From contig JBLMXM010000002.1 in the NCBI GenBank assembly GCA_050257775.1, positions 1-42,629 on the forward strand: 42,629 bases of DNA, written 5' to 3'. The stretch comes from Hyphomicrobiales bacterium (GTDB taxonomy: Bacteria; Desulfobacterota; Desulfobacteria; Desulfobacterales; SpSt-501). This document shows positions 40,866 to 42,629 of the stretch, piece after piece (the stretch's first letter is position 1; every line of letters begins with the position of its first letter). Under the pieces are notes generated by a model. That model was not told the DNA's origin, searched no databases, and saw only the letters and a program-made list of their open reading frames with translations. Made by a program: the position numbers and the translations under genes.

Positions 40866-42164
40866 ATGCCCATGCCGCACCGACAGACCCATACCGACTG
40901 CCTCAACACCCTGTTCGCCCTGAGGCGCTTCGGCATCAAGCTGGGGCTGGCCACCATGCGCCGGATCCTCGCCGGTTTAGGCAATCCCCAGCGCCGCTTC
41001 AAGAGCATTCATGTTGCCGGCACCAATGGAAAGGGGTCGGTGGCCTCGGGCTTGGCCGCCATCCTCCGCGGCTCCGGCTACCGCGTCGGACTGTACACCT
41101 CGCCCCACTTGGTGCGCTTCAACGAGCGCATCCAGGTCAACGGCGCACAGATCAGCGACGCCGACATCGTCAGGCTTTACCGCAGGGTCCACAAGGCCCT
41201 TCCCTCCGGACGGGAACCCACCTTCTTCGAGTTCACCACCGCCATGGCCTTCGATGAGTTCGCCCGCCGCAGGGTTGATTGGGCTGTGATCGAAACCGGC
41301 ATGGGAGGCCGCCTAGACGCCACCAACGTGATCTCACCGGAGCTGACGATCATTACCAACATCTCTCTGGAACATCGCGAATACCTGGGCAAGACGATCC
41401 CCCGGATCGCCTTTGAAAAGGCCGGCATCATCAAGCGCCGCCGTCCGATCGTCACCGGGGTCAGGCAACCTTCGGCCTTTGCCATCCTGTCTGAAACCGC
41501 ACGCCGGAAATCAGCCCCGGTCTATCGCTTGGGCGATGCGTTCAGTTTCCGGCGCACCGGAGCCGGCGTCTTTACCTACCGCGGCATCGACCAGGTCTGG
41601 CCCGATATGGTCACGACGCTTCAAGGCGACTACCAGGTGGAAAACGCCGCCCTCGTGCTCGCCGCCTGTGAGCTTCTGCTCCGGAAGGCCCCGCGGATTT
41701 CTCTTGAAAGCATGCGCGCAGGGCTGTTGGCCCATCGCTGGCCGGGCCGTCTCGAGGTCGTATCCGAGATGCCGCTCGTCATGCTCGACGGCGCCCACAA
41801 TCTGGATGCCGCCAAACAACTGGCGCGGCACGTGCGCACGCATTTCACGGGCCGCGATGTCACCATGGTGGTCGGCATCCTGGACGACAAGCCCTACGCG
41901 GCCATGCTGAAACTGCTCTTGCCCATGGCCAGTCGCGTGGTCGTCACCCAGGCCAAAATCAACCGTGCATTGCCGGCGGAAAAGATCGAAGCGGTTGCGA
42001 ACACGCTGGTTACCGACATCCGGATCATCCGGGATGTCGGCGAGGCCCTCCGCTTTGCCGTTGATACCGCCACATCCGAAACCATCGTCCTGGTCGCGGG
42101 TTCGCTGTACGTGGTCGGCGAGGCCAAGGCTGCCCTGGAGAAGCGATCCGTTCAGCCTGGCTGA
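40866..42164 (+). CDS. folC: Bifunctional folylpolyglutamate synthase/dihydrofolate synthase
   Basis: HVAGTNGKGS, YTSPHL, ETGMGGRLDATN, WPGRLE, LDGAHN, GSLYVVG; start at 40866 or 40872. Confidence 0.96.
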   Translation: MPMPHRQTHTDCLNTLFALRRFGIKLGLATMRRILAGLGNPQRRFKSIHVAGTNGKGSVASGLAAILRGSGYRVGLYTSPHLVRFNERIQVNGAQISDADIVRLYRRVHKALPSGREPTFFEFTTAMAFDEFARRRVDWAVIETGMGGRLDATNVISPELTIITNISLEHREYLGKTIPRIAFEKAGIIKRRRPIVTGVRQPSAFAILSETARRKSAPVYRLGDAFSFRRTGAGVFTYRGIDQVWPDMVTTLQGDYQVENAALVLAACELLLRKAPRISLESMRAGLLAHRWPGRLEVVSEMPLVMLDGAHNLDAAKQLARHVRTHFTGRDVTMVVGILDDKPYAAMLKLLLPMASRVVVTQAKINRALPAEKIEAVANTLVTDIRIIRDVGEALRFAVDTATSETIVLVAGSLYVVGEAKAALEKRSVQPG

Positions 42165-42221
42165 ACAGGCTTTTTCAGGCTTGACTAACGAGCCCTGTTC
42201 AATTATCTATTTTACTCGCAT

Positions 42222-42297
42222 GCGCCCGTAGCTCAGGGGATAGAGCGTCAGCCTCCGGAGCTGAAAGCCGCTGGTTCAAGTCCAGCCGGGCGCACCA
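42222..42297 (+). tRNA. tRNA-Arg(CCG)
   Basis: Acceptor GCGCCCG/CGGGCGC, anticodon arm TCAGC-CTCCGGA-GCTGA, GTTCAAGTCC, encoded CCA. Confidence 0.97.
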
Positions 42298-42629
42298 TAA
42301 TATCAAGCACTTATACGATTATATAAGTGCTTGATATTTTTTTTGGCTGATTTTCCAACCGTATTTCCAACCTCCAAGCACTAAAAAACGGTAAATAAGG
42401 GTAACTGGAGGTATGTTGTTTTGAGTTGCTTGGATCGGTAAAAACGCAGGCTCCTGCGAATTTAACCAGGAAAAAAATTTTATCTGTCCACCTGATCGAG
42501 CTGTCCAGAATTATTTTTCCATACCGCCAAAAATGAAAAAGCCCACTGCATTTTCACAGTGAGCCTTAAATAGATTCAGTAGCCGTTGAATTCAAATTGG
42601 GAGAAGGCCCCTGCCCTCCTATGTGATCT
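42298..42629. mobile_element. Probable left junction of a tRNA-integrated element (genomic island/prophage)
   Basis: Abrupt AT enrichment after the tRNA 3' end, long IR, tandem tttccaacc repeats; no integrase visible in window. Confidence 0.5.
42299..42344 (+). terminator. AT-rich 17-bp perfect inverted repeat plus T-run directly after tRNA-Arg
   Basis: aatatcaagcacttata / tataagtgcttgatatt. Confidence 0.75.

Noticed and set aside
42530-42629. Hairpin gcccactg/cagtgagc followed by ...ttcaaattgg as a second att site
   Set aside because: Following bases do not match the tRNA-Arg 3' end; more likely a minus-strand terminator of a gene outside the window

Overview
GC-rich bacterial chromosomal window. 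Gene content and order suggest a Desulfobacterota / Desulfobacterales-like organism (inference). It is mostly housekeeping: sdhA'B; a sensorless hybrid kinase; ykgJ-recR-ybaB-dnaX behind two tRNA-Ser; a tRNA m6A37 methyltransferase and dciA; hflKC; an uncalled 31-aa bS22/AURKAIP1 gene; an HExxH protein, a zinc-ribbon protein and groESL; a LysM protein; a type IV minor-pilin operon (fimT-pilV-pilW-pilX-pilY1-hypothetical, pilV broken by one missing base); purQ/purL; rseP-dxr-cdsA-uppS-frr-pyrH-tsf-rpsB; prmC-prfA-rpmE-rho; a probable CC-adding nucleotidyltransferase; adk, rpsU, folC and tRNA-Arg(CCG), followed by what looks like the edge of an integrated element. The unexplained signal is intergenic. 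(1) A dispersed, modular family of 200-280 nt highly base-paired elements (about 1882-2131, 7025-7299 and 35945-36148) shares sequence blocks and shows at least one compensatory base-pair change. (2) A second ~130-150 nt palindromic MITE-like family is present; one copy appears inserted into the 5' end of prmC and supplies it with a new ATGA-coupled start. (3) The rho leader has three hairpins that each display CUUCU(G)AAC in the loop. (4) A structured, possibly switchable leader precedes dnaX where ffs often sits. All structure calls are by eye; no folding or database search was run.
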